A stretch of 63,823 nt of DNA, the filler included, from Reticulomyxa filosa (lineage: Eukaryota > Protista > Foraminifera), in the NCBI GenBank assembly GCA_000512085.1. It is 22 parts of 22 records of this genome, joined end to end, with 100 filler letters (N's around TTAATTAATTAA, not from the genome) between each part and the next. Parts side by side here need not be neighbours in the genome. Positions count along the whole stretch, not along the records: positions 6,712 to 15,424 come from ASPP01007312.1; positions 15,525 to 16,995 come from ASPP01010921.1; positions 17,096 to 21,147 come from ASPP01024167.1; positions 21,248 to 22,461 come from ASPP01024517.1; positions 22,562 to 23,855 come from ASPP01033091.1; positions 23,956 to 29,405 come from ASPP01026260.1; 16 more parts are not named here. One strand, 5' to 3'. Below, one piece after another: positions 12,752-24,583 of this stretch (its first letter is position 1; each line of letters begins with the position of its first letter). The notes under the pieces are model-generated. The model ran no database searches, had not been told where the DNA came from, and saw nothing but the letters and a program-made list of their open reading frames with translations. The position numbers and the translations under genes are program-made.

Positions 12752-13847
12752 CAACCAACATAATAGGCTGGCCCAACGTTGAACCCAACGGCTAAGGCAA
12801 CACCGAAACCAACTTCGGCTCCGACAAAAACGCAAGACGCAGGACGTTTTGGCAATAATGACAGTCATTCTGGAGGCACGTCAACGAGTACGTATGCATA
12901 TGCCGGTGTTGGCGGTGCGGGTGCATGCATTTGCGTGGTCTTTTGCCTTGGAATATGGCGAAGGCGAAAGAACAAAAAGAAGAGCAATGACAAGGACTCC
13001 AGCCAATTGCATAAGGTAATTTTTTGTTATTATTATTTATTTGCGCTAATTTTATAAAAGTAGTTAAAAAAAAAAAAAAGCAAATAGCAATGTCTGAAGA
13101 AAATGAATTTGCAAGAAATCTTGCAAGCACGTCAATAATCGAGACAGGCGAAGGCGAATCCACACAACCTGACACACTCAATCCTGTACGCAAACCACGT
13201 ACTACTAATAATCTTAATGCTGTCGCAGACTCGGCCGTGCTTATGATTGCAGCATCAGAGATTACACCTGTTAGCAAACATGATATACAAATACATACAC
13301 ATACCACACACACACACACACTTGTTTTGTTTTGTGTGTTGTCTATTAATTATACGTACTATATAACATAACATTTATTATGTTTTATTATACGTGTACA
13401 ACAATGTAGGGAATCAAACAAAAATCACCCCCTCCTCCCCCTTCTCGCCTCCCTGAAATGCCCAAAACAACTTTGGTCACTCCTGGCGCCATTACACAAG
13501 ATGAAGACAGTGAAGAAGAAGAAGAGGATAGCATGTATCACAAATCTACTCCCAATGACACTCCACAGAACGATCCATTGCGCACATTTTTGGACAAACT
13601 ACAGCTTGGTAACTATCACCATACTATCGTCAATAGCGGCTGGAATTTAGACTTGCTGGTTAATGCTTACAGTGATACCCCTGAGTCAACGGCAGAGCTG
13701 AAAACTGTTTTCCGAAATGATTGGAAGATGACCTTGCAAGAGAGCATTCGCTTGATCACTGCTCTCAAAACTGAAAAAACAGCTCGAGGTAATGTGGAAG
13801 GTAACGACACCAGAGAAAATGCCCTCCCCGAAGGGGTAAATCATTAA
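10839..13847 (+). CDS. Type I membrane protein: signal peptide, beta-propeller-like ectodomain, Pro/Thr stalk, TM, cytoplasmic SAM-like domain (9 exons)
   Basis: Eight GT-AG introns give one continuous frame. Contains PTxxPT repeats, TM YAYAGVGGAGACICVVFCLGIW-RRRK and C-terminal LRTFLDKLQLGNYHHTIVNSGWNLDLL. Confidence 0.75.
12708..12749. repeat. Intronic (AAT)n microsatellite
   Basis: Visible repeat just before the acceptor. Confidence 0.9.
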
Positions 13848-15524
13848 TAATTTTTTTTTCTTTTTGTCTTCTGTATATCCAACCGAATATGAGATATTGG
13901 TGTTCTTTTTTCTCGTAATGTGGCAGTTCAATTTTCACTTTGTAGTTACTCTCAATTTTTTTTGGCTAGTGAAAACTTGAAATCAGATTCTGCTTTTTTC
14001 TGCCTCTTTCTGAACAAGCAGAACATGTAGAAATTTTTCCATGTCCTTTATTTTCTTTCCGATAACTTTAATCCACCTGACGATATACACAGCTTCTTGA
14101 CATATGTACGATTTTGATGAATCGATTTTATGCAAGTCTTGTTGAAGTTATATGTCACACTTTATAGGACCTTCGTATAAATTTTTTTCTTTGTTAACTC
14201 GATTGTTTCTTCGTTGTATTAAAGGTGAAATATTTCATACATTCAATTGCGCCTAATTGAAATGACTAAGCTAAAACGACAATGTGTATAAAACTTGTTA
14301 TTCTACGTTAGCCAATAGCTTTATTGATGGTAAATATGTTATGTAATCATTTAGGCCATCAATATCGAAAACTGTTGTTGATGTCTTGATATTGATTATT
14401 AACTATCTACAGCGTTGTTAGTTGCTTTAATGTCAATTGGTCCAGTATCAAGTTACTAGTAGGTCGTCTTTACTATTTGTATCAATATTATTATCTGTTA
14501 CATTGTGTTGGAAGCTTGTATTTGGACTAAGTCTTGTGATGATTCCACATATCGTAGTGATATAATGTTGAATATTGTATAGTTGTAATATATCGGACAA
14601 CAATTGAATGCTTCATACAATTGTTGAATATTGAACAATCGAATGTAATGTAAAAGACATTGATATTTATGTTGACGTATTAAGAAAGTGGTATATCAAT
14701 TTACGTAATAATCCACATTATGATCAATAATTTTTTTAGATAAGATTTCTTGTAATGTGGTTTATAGCTGCGACAATTCGTATGCATGCTGCTTATAATA
14801 CGTTTTTGAATAACTAATTTTTGCAATGGCGACATTGAATAAGAAATTGGAAAAGAATTTTTCAATCAATTCTGTCGAGATCGATGATGAGTAATTTACT
14901 TGCCAATTGATTTGTTGTATGTCAACTTTATCAAATGATTGGAGCATTAAAATGATATTTGCTAGATTACTACATAATAGTTGATGATGTTATGTAGCCT
15001 GCTTTTTTGGTAATGCTAATAAGATGTATTAATGATTTGTACTTTGAAATAGTTACTTGAGTTAACTGATCAAATATGTCAAAATATGAATAATTGAAAA
15101 ATATGATCAACTGATAAGGTTAAGGACGAAGCTGATATATTATTAGTCGGTTTGTTGCATTCTTGATTCGGATCTTCCGCATTATTACAAGTAGAATTAT
15201 CATAAACACTTTTGCAAGGAAATACAGTAGTTTGCAAAAAAAACGGTCATAAAAAAAAAAGAAGTGTTTTTTAGTATTTGACTTGAATATCTTTATTGAA
15301 AATAGCTAAAGTAAAAATAATTGTATATACATATAACAAATCACATAATATGTTGTACTATATTATATCTTGCATTTATTTGAAAGGCTTGTGGGGAGTC
15401 ACGTAACGAGTGGTTTTCAGTAAANNNNNNNNNNNNNNNNNNNNNNNNNNNNNNNNNNNNNNNNNNNNTTAATTAATTAANNNNNNNNNNNNNNNNNNNN
15501 NNNNNNNNNNNNNNNNNNNNNNNN

Positions 15525-16995
15525 TACATACTTTGTCAGTATTCCCTCTTTTTTTTTTTTTTTTTTTTGTATATGTGCGTTGTATGCAAAAGAAAAAGTA
15601 CAAAACAAAAAAGAGACAAAGAGTCGAACTTTATCATTGTTATTTTTGTCAAAGCCATTAGCAATAGTTTTTGTTTTGAAGTGATCATCAACAATCTTGG
15701 AAAAAGTATTTTGATCTCTTATTTTGAAGTTATTGATGGCATCTTCATTACTGTCTCGCAATTGTTTACTCCAATGATTTTTGTTCTTGAGCAAAAAAAA
15801 AAACATCACAGAGATGCATGTGCAATATATTTCTGCCGATATTATTTTAGAAAAATTCGATTACGAGTAAACAAAATTAATGAAGAGAAAGAGAGAGGAA
15901 AAACAAAAAAAAGATAACTTCCATAAAAGCGGCAATAATTTTGGGCCAAATGATTCGTTTATCCATGTCGACCAAAGCTTCCATTGCATCTTCGCTCCAA
16001 ACCAAGAGAGCCCTTTCAGCGACAGAGTAATGTTTGGACTTGCTGCATTTGATCAGTTGGTCAATTACAGCCAACAAAATATTCCAATGAGGTTGAAAGT
16101 CGAATCCACTCTTATGATTTACAATTGCATTGATTATATTTACGACCTCTGCAATGAACATTTCTTCTTTTGTGGGTGCTTGAATAGGCCAAAACTATTT
16201 ATTTTTTTATTGAAACAAGAATCCTTTAATTCGATACCCTCCAAATAATATTAATGACCAAAGTCATATTATTTGTATACACACAAATACAAACATAAGC
16301 AAACTCGAAGCAGTCCTGCCAAGATCATAGGTGCAGTGCAAGGATCTTTGAAGACGAATTGAACACAACAAGCAACCAATTGTTCGTGGAACTTATCCAG
16401 ACGACGACATTTGTGCAGAGGTATTAAAACGGACCGTAAAAAGTCTTTGTGTTCCTCCTTGACTGGGACGCTGAAGCCATGGATAATACTGCAAAATATC
16501 TCCAAAAATTCGGCAATGCCATTTTCGGATCGATCATCGTCATACACGGCTCGATGGCAAATGTTGGCAATCGTATCTCGAATGTGAACTCGCAACGGCA
16601 TAAATCGACCATAAATACGATGCACGATTGTTTTTAAGTATTCACGTTCTCTCATATCTTCCGAGGCAAATAACTCTATCAATCCATTCACAAATCTCCC
16701 TTCCAAATATTTTTCATTACCTTTGAAGATGGTTTTGTTATTTCATATCATATCACATATGTACATATGTGATATTTATACATACGTATATGTACACGTA
16801 TACATATATGTATATGTACATGTGTGTATATCATGTATATGCATTTTTTTTTGCAAATTTCAATCAATTAAAAAAAAAAAAATGTAAGACATGTGAAAAA
16901 GAAGATAAGAGTGTGAACGAGGGGAACCAAACTTTTTTTATCAATGTCCGTACAAACGACCAACCGCAACACCAAGTCATAAATAAGCTGTAAAT
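15525..16995 (-). CDS. PP2A regulatory subunit B56 (B'), internal part
   Basis: LFASEDMREREYLKTIVHRIYGRF, NGIAEFLEIFCSIIHGF, LLR|FWP, HYSVAERALLVW, NHWSK. Confidence 0.95.
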
Positions 16996-17095
16996 NNNNN
17001 NNNNNNNNNNNNNNNNNNNNNNNNNNNNNNNNNNNNNNNTTAATTAATTAANNNNNNNNNNNNNNNNNNNNNNNNNNNNNNNNNNNNNNNNNNNN

Positions 17096-18262
17096 CTTTG
17101 CACATTTGAACCAATTTGCTAATCGTCTTTTTTTTTTTTAAATTTTTCAAATTTTTCCAAAAAATTTTTTAAAAAAAAAAAAGTTCACAAAAATTTAAAA
17201 AAAAAAAAAAAATTTTTTTAATAAACCATTTTCTCTTGCAATTTGTACTTTTCTTGCTTCTTGTCGTTATGCTTCTTCATCCATTTCCATTCGGTATTGT
17301 TTTCTGCGTACGTCAGATCGTAAATGTCTATGGGGTCGCACAGGTGCGTAAAGTCGCGCCACGAACCAAACGACTCCCAAAACTTGTAGAACTTTGACAC
17401 TTTGCTATCGTTCATCGTGTCGTCCCCCAACATCGGCACAGGCTTCTTGTTGCTGTACACGCTAAACTTCTCAAAGTAACTGGAAAAGTAGTCATAAAAC
17501 TTCTTCCGGTCTTTCACTTTGCATTTCGCTTCCACGACTTCATTTATCAGCTCGTCATCTCTTTTGTCGTCCCCTTTTTTTTAAAAAAAAAGGGATAATT
17601 TTTTTTTTTCTTTCACCTCGCATTTTCGCAACATGGTGCATCATAAACTTATACACTTTTTTAAAAAAAGAAAATGTACCGCTATATCTGTCTTCCGAGG
17701 ATTTGATAAGTTTGTGTGAAGAAAAATCGGTTTTGTCAATTCCATTGATTTGCAATTCGATTTCGTTGGGAATGCTGTCGTCAAACTCGGTTTTGCTATC
17801 GTATAGTTTTTTGTAAACCTCGTGGCTCAATGTGTCATATGCGTGTTCCAAGAGCTGGAATCGCTCTTGTGCTTGCTTTTGCTTGGCTTCGTCCGTGTAT
17901 TTGTCCGGATGACAGAGGGCTTGGATTTTTTTGTATGATGCTTTAATCTCGTCGCACGTACAATTCATTGCATATTTCTTTATCCCTAATATTCCATATA
18001 AATCGTCTTTCTTTATATCCCATTCAAAGTTTATTTCGAGCTCTCTTTGATTGCTGCCTTGTGCTCCACTGCTTTTTTTGTTCTTGTTTTTTTGTCCACT
18101 CTTTTTTTGATCCACGTTTTTTTTATTCGGGTCACCCTGCTTCTCTTCGTTCACTCCCTCCGATGTCCTTACTCGAGCATTATACACAAGTTGGCGCAGA
18201 TAATGCACAAAAAAACCATGGCCAACCGGCTCAATGGTCATTTGCTTTACCAAGGTCTCCAT
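17096..18262 (-). CDS. DNAJC2: Zuotin/MPP11-like J-domain co-chaperone (3' truncated)
   Basis: IEPVGHGF, J-domain with CHPDK, FDDSIP, KKPVPMLGD, FYKFWESFGSWRDF. Confidence 0.85.
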
Positions 18263-18508
18263 TTTTTTTAACAATTTCGATCGCCACAATTATCGAAATT
18301 TTTGAGCCCTTTTTCTTTTTTTTTGCACAAAAGACGGTACAGCACTTAAATTAAACCGATACACTTACTCCACTCCTAGTACAGTCTATTTAAGCTGCAA
18401 TAAAGTAAAAATAAAATGGAAAAACATTGGACAATAAAAATTATTTGTCTATCCAAACACTTTTTACAATTCAAAAATTTGATTTCAAAATCCTTGGCAT
18501 TTTTGAAA

Positions 18509-19376
18509 TCATTCCTTTTTCTTTTTTTTTACTTTTTTGGTTTTTTTCCCTGTTTTATTTGCTTTTAGTTTTGCTTTTGGTTTTGTTTTTGCTTCATTTT
18601 CGTCGCTTTTACGCTGTTTTACCTTTGCTACAAGCATTTTCCATGAAGGATCATCATTTAGTGTCCACTTTTGGACTGGTAACAAGTCCATGATTTGCTT
18701 GTGCATATTTTCTTTTGCATGCAAGTAAGCAGTTTTTCCATCATTATCTTGAATATTCACATCTGCATCTGCTCAAAAAAAAGACCAACATGGCAACATT
18801 AATAAGCTAATAATTGCCTAAAAAAATTTAGTTTGAAAGAGAGACTTTAAGTGGAACTAAGATATTGTCACATGACTGCTATGGAGAAGGATTTTTACAA
18901 TGCTCAAATCACCATTCAAACAAGCCAACGCCAGTGGCGTGAGACCCAACGCATTTTTGATATTGAGATCTGCCTTGGCTGCAATTAAAAGCTCGACAAA
19001 CTATGTTAATTGAGCAGATGAATAAATTTATCTAAAAATTTGCAAAGCTGAGAAATATAACTAAAAGGCAACAAAAGTTCAATACTTTTATGTTCCCTTT
19101 ATTCACTGCTTCATGTAATGGAGTGTTACCCATTCTACATGAGGGTCCTTTCGCGTCAACATTTGCTCCATACTGAATCAACATTTGGGTAATATGTTGT
19201 TTTTCATTTTGCATAGCAAAATGAAGTAGTGTACCATGAACGTTATCACATTCATTGATGTCAATGTCTAGCCACGCTGGAACAGCATGAATTGTAGACC
19301 ACAAACGTGCAAATTGAAATGTATCACCTTCACAAACACATCGTTTCAATTGAAGGAATACTGATTTTTGAGACAT
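18509..19376 (-). CDS. Ankyrin-repeat protein with Lys-rich tail (3 exons)
   Basis: GTLLHFA, GNTPLHEA, GLTPLALA (exon ~18870-19000) and GKTAYLHA repeats. Confidence 0.9.
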
Positions 19377-20280
19377 TGAAACTTAGCAAAGTGTTGATAG
19401 AGCAAAAAAAAAGATTTTACATATTTTTTATGAGTCGCATTTTAATATTTGAGACTCTTGTTTTTCAAACGTTCCAATAAATTCTTGCAGTTCTTAGCTT
19501 CTACAATCTAAATAAATCGCATGAACCTCAAATGAACTTTTTGTGACTTATATTGCTGATCTTCGGTACTTGTTACAATATTGAAAAAAGGGTATCACTA
19601 CAGCTTTCAAACTATTTTAGATTTCCTTAAAGAAAAAAATACGTGTACTTCTGTTTTAGAATGATGTGACTATCCAACTCAGTAGTGTATTGGATTGACA
19701 CTTGCTATGCACGCAAATAAACATGCGGTGCAAAGTTTTTAGGTTTAATTTGTAGACAAGCCAAAGAAATAATCTTTTTCATCACCGTGATAAGAATCTT
19801 AATTTCTTTTACGTTCAACTTGAGTTATTTTAAATTTTGTTAGATCCTTTTTTTTTGCAGCCCATGGGAAACAAAACTATGCAAAATGTACGGATCAAAA
19901 TAATACATCCGTCAAAAACATACATATTTCATAAGCATAAGAAAAATCCTATTCTATGCAAACAACAATGTACAGATAGTTGGACGTGCTGAACAAATTT
20001 TCAAAAGCATTTTTAGCAAAGAGTTTAGTGTCAATGTTGTCAGTTGAGTTTCCATTGTTCTTTGGATTGTGTTAACGCTTCATTATTCGAAGAATGAGGA
20101 AGGGCAGAAACATGAGACAACAACCACGTACCAAAGACGCGAGTTTTCAAAAAAAAGTCTTTTGCTTGGGTTCATGTTACAAAGCTATTTCCCAACATTC
20201 TTATAAGCGCTCCAGAATATAATCTTGCAACAAGCTAGAATAAATCTGAATATTTTCTTTAGCTAGTGAAAGGAGTGAAT

Positions 20281-21095
20281 ATGGCAGTCCCAAATTATTT
20301 TGCGGCAATTGCGTTATTAGTTCTGCTCGTGGTTTTATCGCCAATAGTTTGCTACATAATACACTGTTACTCAGTTCATAAAAACCAAGCATACTTCAAG
20401 AAGCGTTATTACAGATTCGTGGAGTGGCAGTTGATGTTACTGCTCTTTACGATATATTCCTGCGTGTATTTCTTGGGATTGCTTGTGTACCAATCGAATG
20501 GGAAATATAGCTTAAAATCACCAGTAGCAACCGCATGGTTAATCGTCGACGTGTTGAATATTGGATCGTGGTTTGCAGTATGGAAGCTATTTGTAGTCCG
20601 CACGTATGCGTTGTGGCTTTTTACGGAGCAAAATAAAGAAATGGTTGGACGAGCGTGGCGTATGTACATGAGCACAGATGAACGTATACCATCGACGCGG
20701 TCAATCCAACCAATCCACGGCCAAACGTTGCAAAACCACATCGCCCTTTCGAGCAGTAATAGCAAAGATCAAGAAAGTACCCAACACAATGTATCAATGA
20801 CTGAAAAGGATATACAAGATGCAAAAGTGCGAGATACGTCTGCAACGGGGGTGACAACAGGAAAAAAGATGGTCGAATTTCGGGTAGATGTCCAGCGTTC
20901 GCTTGATCGGGCTACACATTGTGCCATCGCCGCTTTTTTGGTGGAATTGGGACTGTTTGCATTTCTTTATTGCTCGTATTTTTTGCAACAATGGAGAGCG
21001 TGGTTCTGGTTTTTGCTTGTCAATTGTAGTGTCAATGGGCTTGTTTTCCACATTTGGAAAAGATTTCCAAAGTTTCATGATCAATATCATATCAG
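20281..21095 (+). CDS. Multi-pass membrane protein, probable N-terminal part of a 7TM(-RGS) protein
   Basis: About five hydrophobic helices, YFKKR after TM1, FVVRTYALW, PKFHDQYHIR, then a donor. Truncated by the contig end. Confidence 0.55.
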
Positions 21096-21283
21096 GTTGT
21101 TTTTTATTATTATTATTTTTAAATCAACCACTTAAAAAAAAAAAAAANNNNNNNNNNNNNNNNNNNNNNNNNNNNNNNNNNNNNNNNNNNNTTAATTAAT
21201 TAANNNNNNNNNNNNNNNNNNNNNNNNNNNNNNNNNNNNNNNNNNNNATAAATATATGTATAATAAATATACTGTTTTTTTTT

Positions 21284-21895
21284 TTAAAAAATGAATACCA
21301 CTTGAGGATTGTATTTTAAAATATGTCCAGTTAAATAATTGTCATTAATGTGTTTAATATGGCCACTAAACTTGAAGAGTTCTACAATGAATTGAAAAAT
21401 TGTAGCAACATTTATTGATTTAATAGACGAGCAGTATAACAATGGAATACGCATTTTTTGAGCAAATTTTTGAGATTGAGTTGTCAATTGTTGTTTTATA
21501 CGTATCTGGAAGTCCATCAAACAAATCATATTTCGTTCCAATAAAACATATTTTATTTTCTTTATACCATATCGTCTTCACAGAATGTAAATTAAAGGCA
21601 AATAACACTACTTTGACTTCACTGCATATCGATATATCTATATCTACATTTTTTAAATGGATTGTCTTTTCCATAAAATTAACTCCCTATTGTTTTTTTT
21701 TTAATTCACTCGTTTCAATTTATGTTTGCTTGCATTTTTAAATGCAATATTATGCTACTATTATATAAATTTACCAGAGTTTCATCAATATACTTCATCA
21801 TCAATGTTATTTTTTCTATTTGTAGATATCCTAAGAGATTCACTTTATTTGGTATCTTCTTCTTCTTTTCTTCTTCTTCTTCTTCTTCTGGGGCA
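21284..21895 (-). pseudogene. Spg1/Tem1-family small GTPase relic
   Basis: KVNLLGYLQIEKITLMMKY (degenerate P-loop), intron, GVNFMEKTI, G3 region missing, IGTKYDLF, frameshift, KFAQKMRIPLLYCSS..INVATIF. Confidence 0.8.
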
Positions 21896-22360
21896 ATATC
21901 AATAAGAGATCGCACAAGAGTCCGCTGTTGGACACTTTGGTGGATTTGAGTTTGGATGGAGACAGACCTCTGTGCATATAAATGATTTTGTCATTGATGA
22001 TTATCTTCACTACTGACAAGTAGTTGAAGCATATACTTTCTAATGACTGTTTGCTGCGATTTACATAATATCCTTTTTTTTTTTTTTGTATGTATACATT
22101 AAAGTTATTATAAAAAAGATTACATTATTTTTTTTTAACATAAAGAAAATATATAGCTCGTGGACAGAGGAAATAAACACAAAACTTCGAAACACTGTCA
22201 GTATATATCTCCAACAATTTTGATCAAAGTGGTAATGTCTAACAAAATCTCTTTCGCATTCACAAAGTTTTTCAATGTCACTCTCTTGCAGGTTTACTTC
22301 TTTCCTAGTCTTATTATTTCTCGCTTCCATCATCAAACATCTTATCATATCTGCCAATCA
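21896..22360 (-). pseudogene. PP1-type Ser/Thr phosphatase relic with internal deletions
   Basis: KEVNLQESDIEKLC, IKIVGDIY*Q, GYYVNRSKQSLESIC, FNYLSV..INDKIIYMHRGLSP, VSNSGLLCDLL. Confidence 0.85.
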
Positions 22361-22561
22361 GCTTTGAAAAGCAAAGCTACCAAATCCACTTCTGCTATTT
22401 GCATTTCATCAGAGATCTTTCTAAGGTAGATATTTGAAGTTTTAGGAGTTAAGTTTAGTTTNNNNNNNNNNNNNNNNNNNNNNNNNNNNNNNNNNNNNNN
22501 NNNNNTTAATTAATTAANNNNNNNNNNNNNNNNNNNNNNNNNNNNNNNNNNNNNNNNNNNN

Positions 22562-23855
22562 TCATTGAATGACTGCAGTGAAGAAACTTGTCAAATGTAT
22601 GTGACGGACGTGATCATGGAAACGTTTTCCATTCCAATCAACGTGGTATCACTACTCAAAGACATCATCCTTTGCATTACCTGCACTGTGTGTGGCTCCA
22701 TATCTTTGGCCAACTGCGAGACTGTGTTGTATTTTTATGGCGATGTTATAATGCAATATGTCACAATTTTTTCTCTAATCAAGGGAACAGACATAAATCA
22801 ACTCGAAATGTCTGTCGAGCAAATGTTGCCTTCCTTTGATCTCTTGGTACAAATTACGAATAACTTGTGTCGGTATTTTTCCAATATTAATATTGGTATG
22901 AAAGTTTTTAAAACAGTACAACTTTCTCTCCATCTATTACACATATAAAAAAAAATAGATGAGTTTATTTTCGTGATGCATCGATTGTGTGTGGCTATGA
23001 CGCCGATCATTTCCTTGATGTTTGAATTTTCCACGAAACACAAAAGTAGAGAAGTGGAACAATTGCTGTCTCAATGTCGGGCCATCGAAGTACGCCGCTT
23101 ATGCGTGGCTCATTTTGGACTCGCGGCTTTCCCGATCGAAACCAAAGGCATTGGAGGACAAATTCATTTCTTGTCCTCCATTGGATTACTATCCAGCAAT
23201 GAAGTTATTCCAAGCATTCTTAAAGCAGCTGAGAAAAGTGGGCTGTTGAAACAAAACAAATATTCGCATTTCATTCACGATTTGCTGGCAATTGCCAAAA
23301 AAGTGGAGAATATGAACAATGAAAAGGAACAACAAGCATACAAGTCTGTAGTCACAAAGCTATTCTTTGACACAGAAAAGCTGACGGCAACAACATCAAA
23401 TGGAATTGCAATGGTGAAGCTGCAACGATTGGAGGAAATGGTTCGAAATCAATGGATAGACAAGACGATGCATCTGAACAGTCCAGAGGCTTTGCTGTTG
23501 AATCGCGTGTTGGAACAGATTTACTTGGATTCAACAACTACTATCGACTTGAATGTCAATATGCTCGAAAATAACAGAATCATCGAAAAGATCTCCAAAC
23601 TCAAAGCACTTTTGACCAAACATATTTATTGGATTGCCGCAAATGTGGATTTGATGGATTTCGAAGAAAATAATGAATTATTTAAGAGACTTGGTGAATG
23701 TGTATCCCTTTTGTCGCAATTTGCCAATGAAGACAAAAAGTTAGAGTACAGTTTACACATTTGGTTTTTGAAACAATTGTACCAGTTGAAGGGCATGGAC
23801 TGGACTCAAGCACTGATCACACACAAACATATTCGATCAAAATTCCCAATCTTTG
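22562..23855 (+). CDS. Internal fragment of a large helical protein (possibly RNF213-like; uncertain)
   Basis: Open frame across the whole contig once intron 22896-22958 (GTATGA...AAATAG) is removed. The family call is a weak impression only. Confidence 0.55.
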
Positions 23856-24583
23856 NNNNNNNNNNNNNNNNNNNNNNNNNNNNNNNNNNNNNNNNNNNNT
23901 TAATTAATTAANNNNNNNNNNNNNNNNNNNNNNNNNNNNNNNNNNNNNNNNNNNNGTTCCTTTCGTATTACACTTAATCTTCTCACAAGTCCCACAATAT
24001 AATCACAATTGTTGTAACTCTATTTAATTGTATCTTTTGAAAAGTTAAAGCTTGTTGCAATAATAGTGGTATTGTATTGATTAAGGTAGTGTTTCAAGAT
24101 ATACTTTAACAGCAAAAACATAGCACATACGAATGCGAAAAATTTTTCAAAAGGAGACAAAAGTTGTGATTGAGTATAACCCAAAGTATAAAAACATACA
24201 CTTCACACAAATGAAAACAATATTATTTTTCATTAGGCCCTGTCCAACTTTTCTCCTTTTGTTTTTTCGTAAACAAACTCTGACGTGTTTGCGATTGGAA
24301 AAAAAGTAAATAAATACCACGATACACGCTCAAGCACTTGTGTAGGCAAAGCATGCACGTTTGCTTCCCCGATTAATTGAATGCTCTTGTCACAAGGAAA
24401 CAACGAACGAAAACAAAAGACGATCACACAGACACACCTAGATCAATACGAAAAAAGGCGAATACACAAAGAAAAAATCAAAGGGTTTTGAAACATTACT
24501 ATGCCCTCTAATTTTAACAGCCCCACATTTTGCTATTGTAATAAACTACAGTAAAGTGTGTTTTGACAGATTGATGATCCGCT

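Noticed and set aside
22946-22948. In-frame TAA suggesting stop-codon reassignment or a pseudogene
   Set aside because: It lies inside a plausible 63-nt intron (22896-22958) whose removal keeps the frame.
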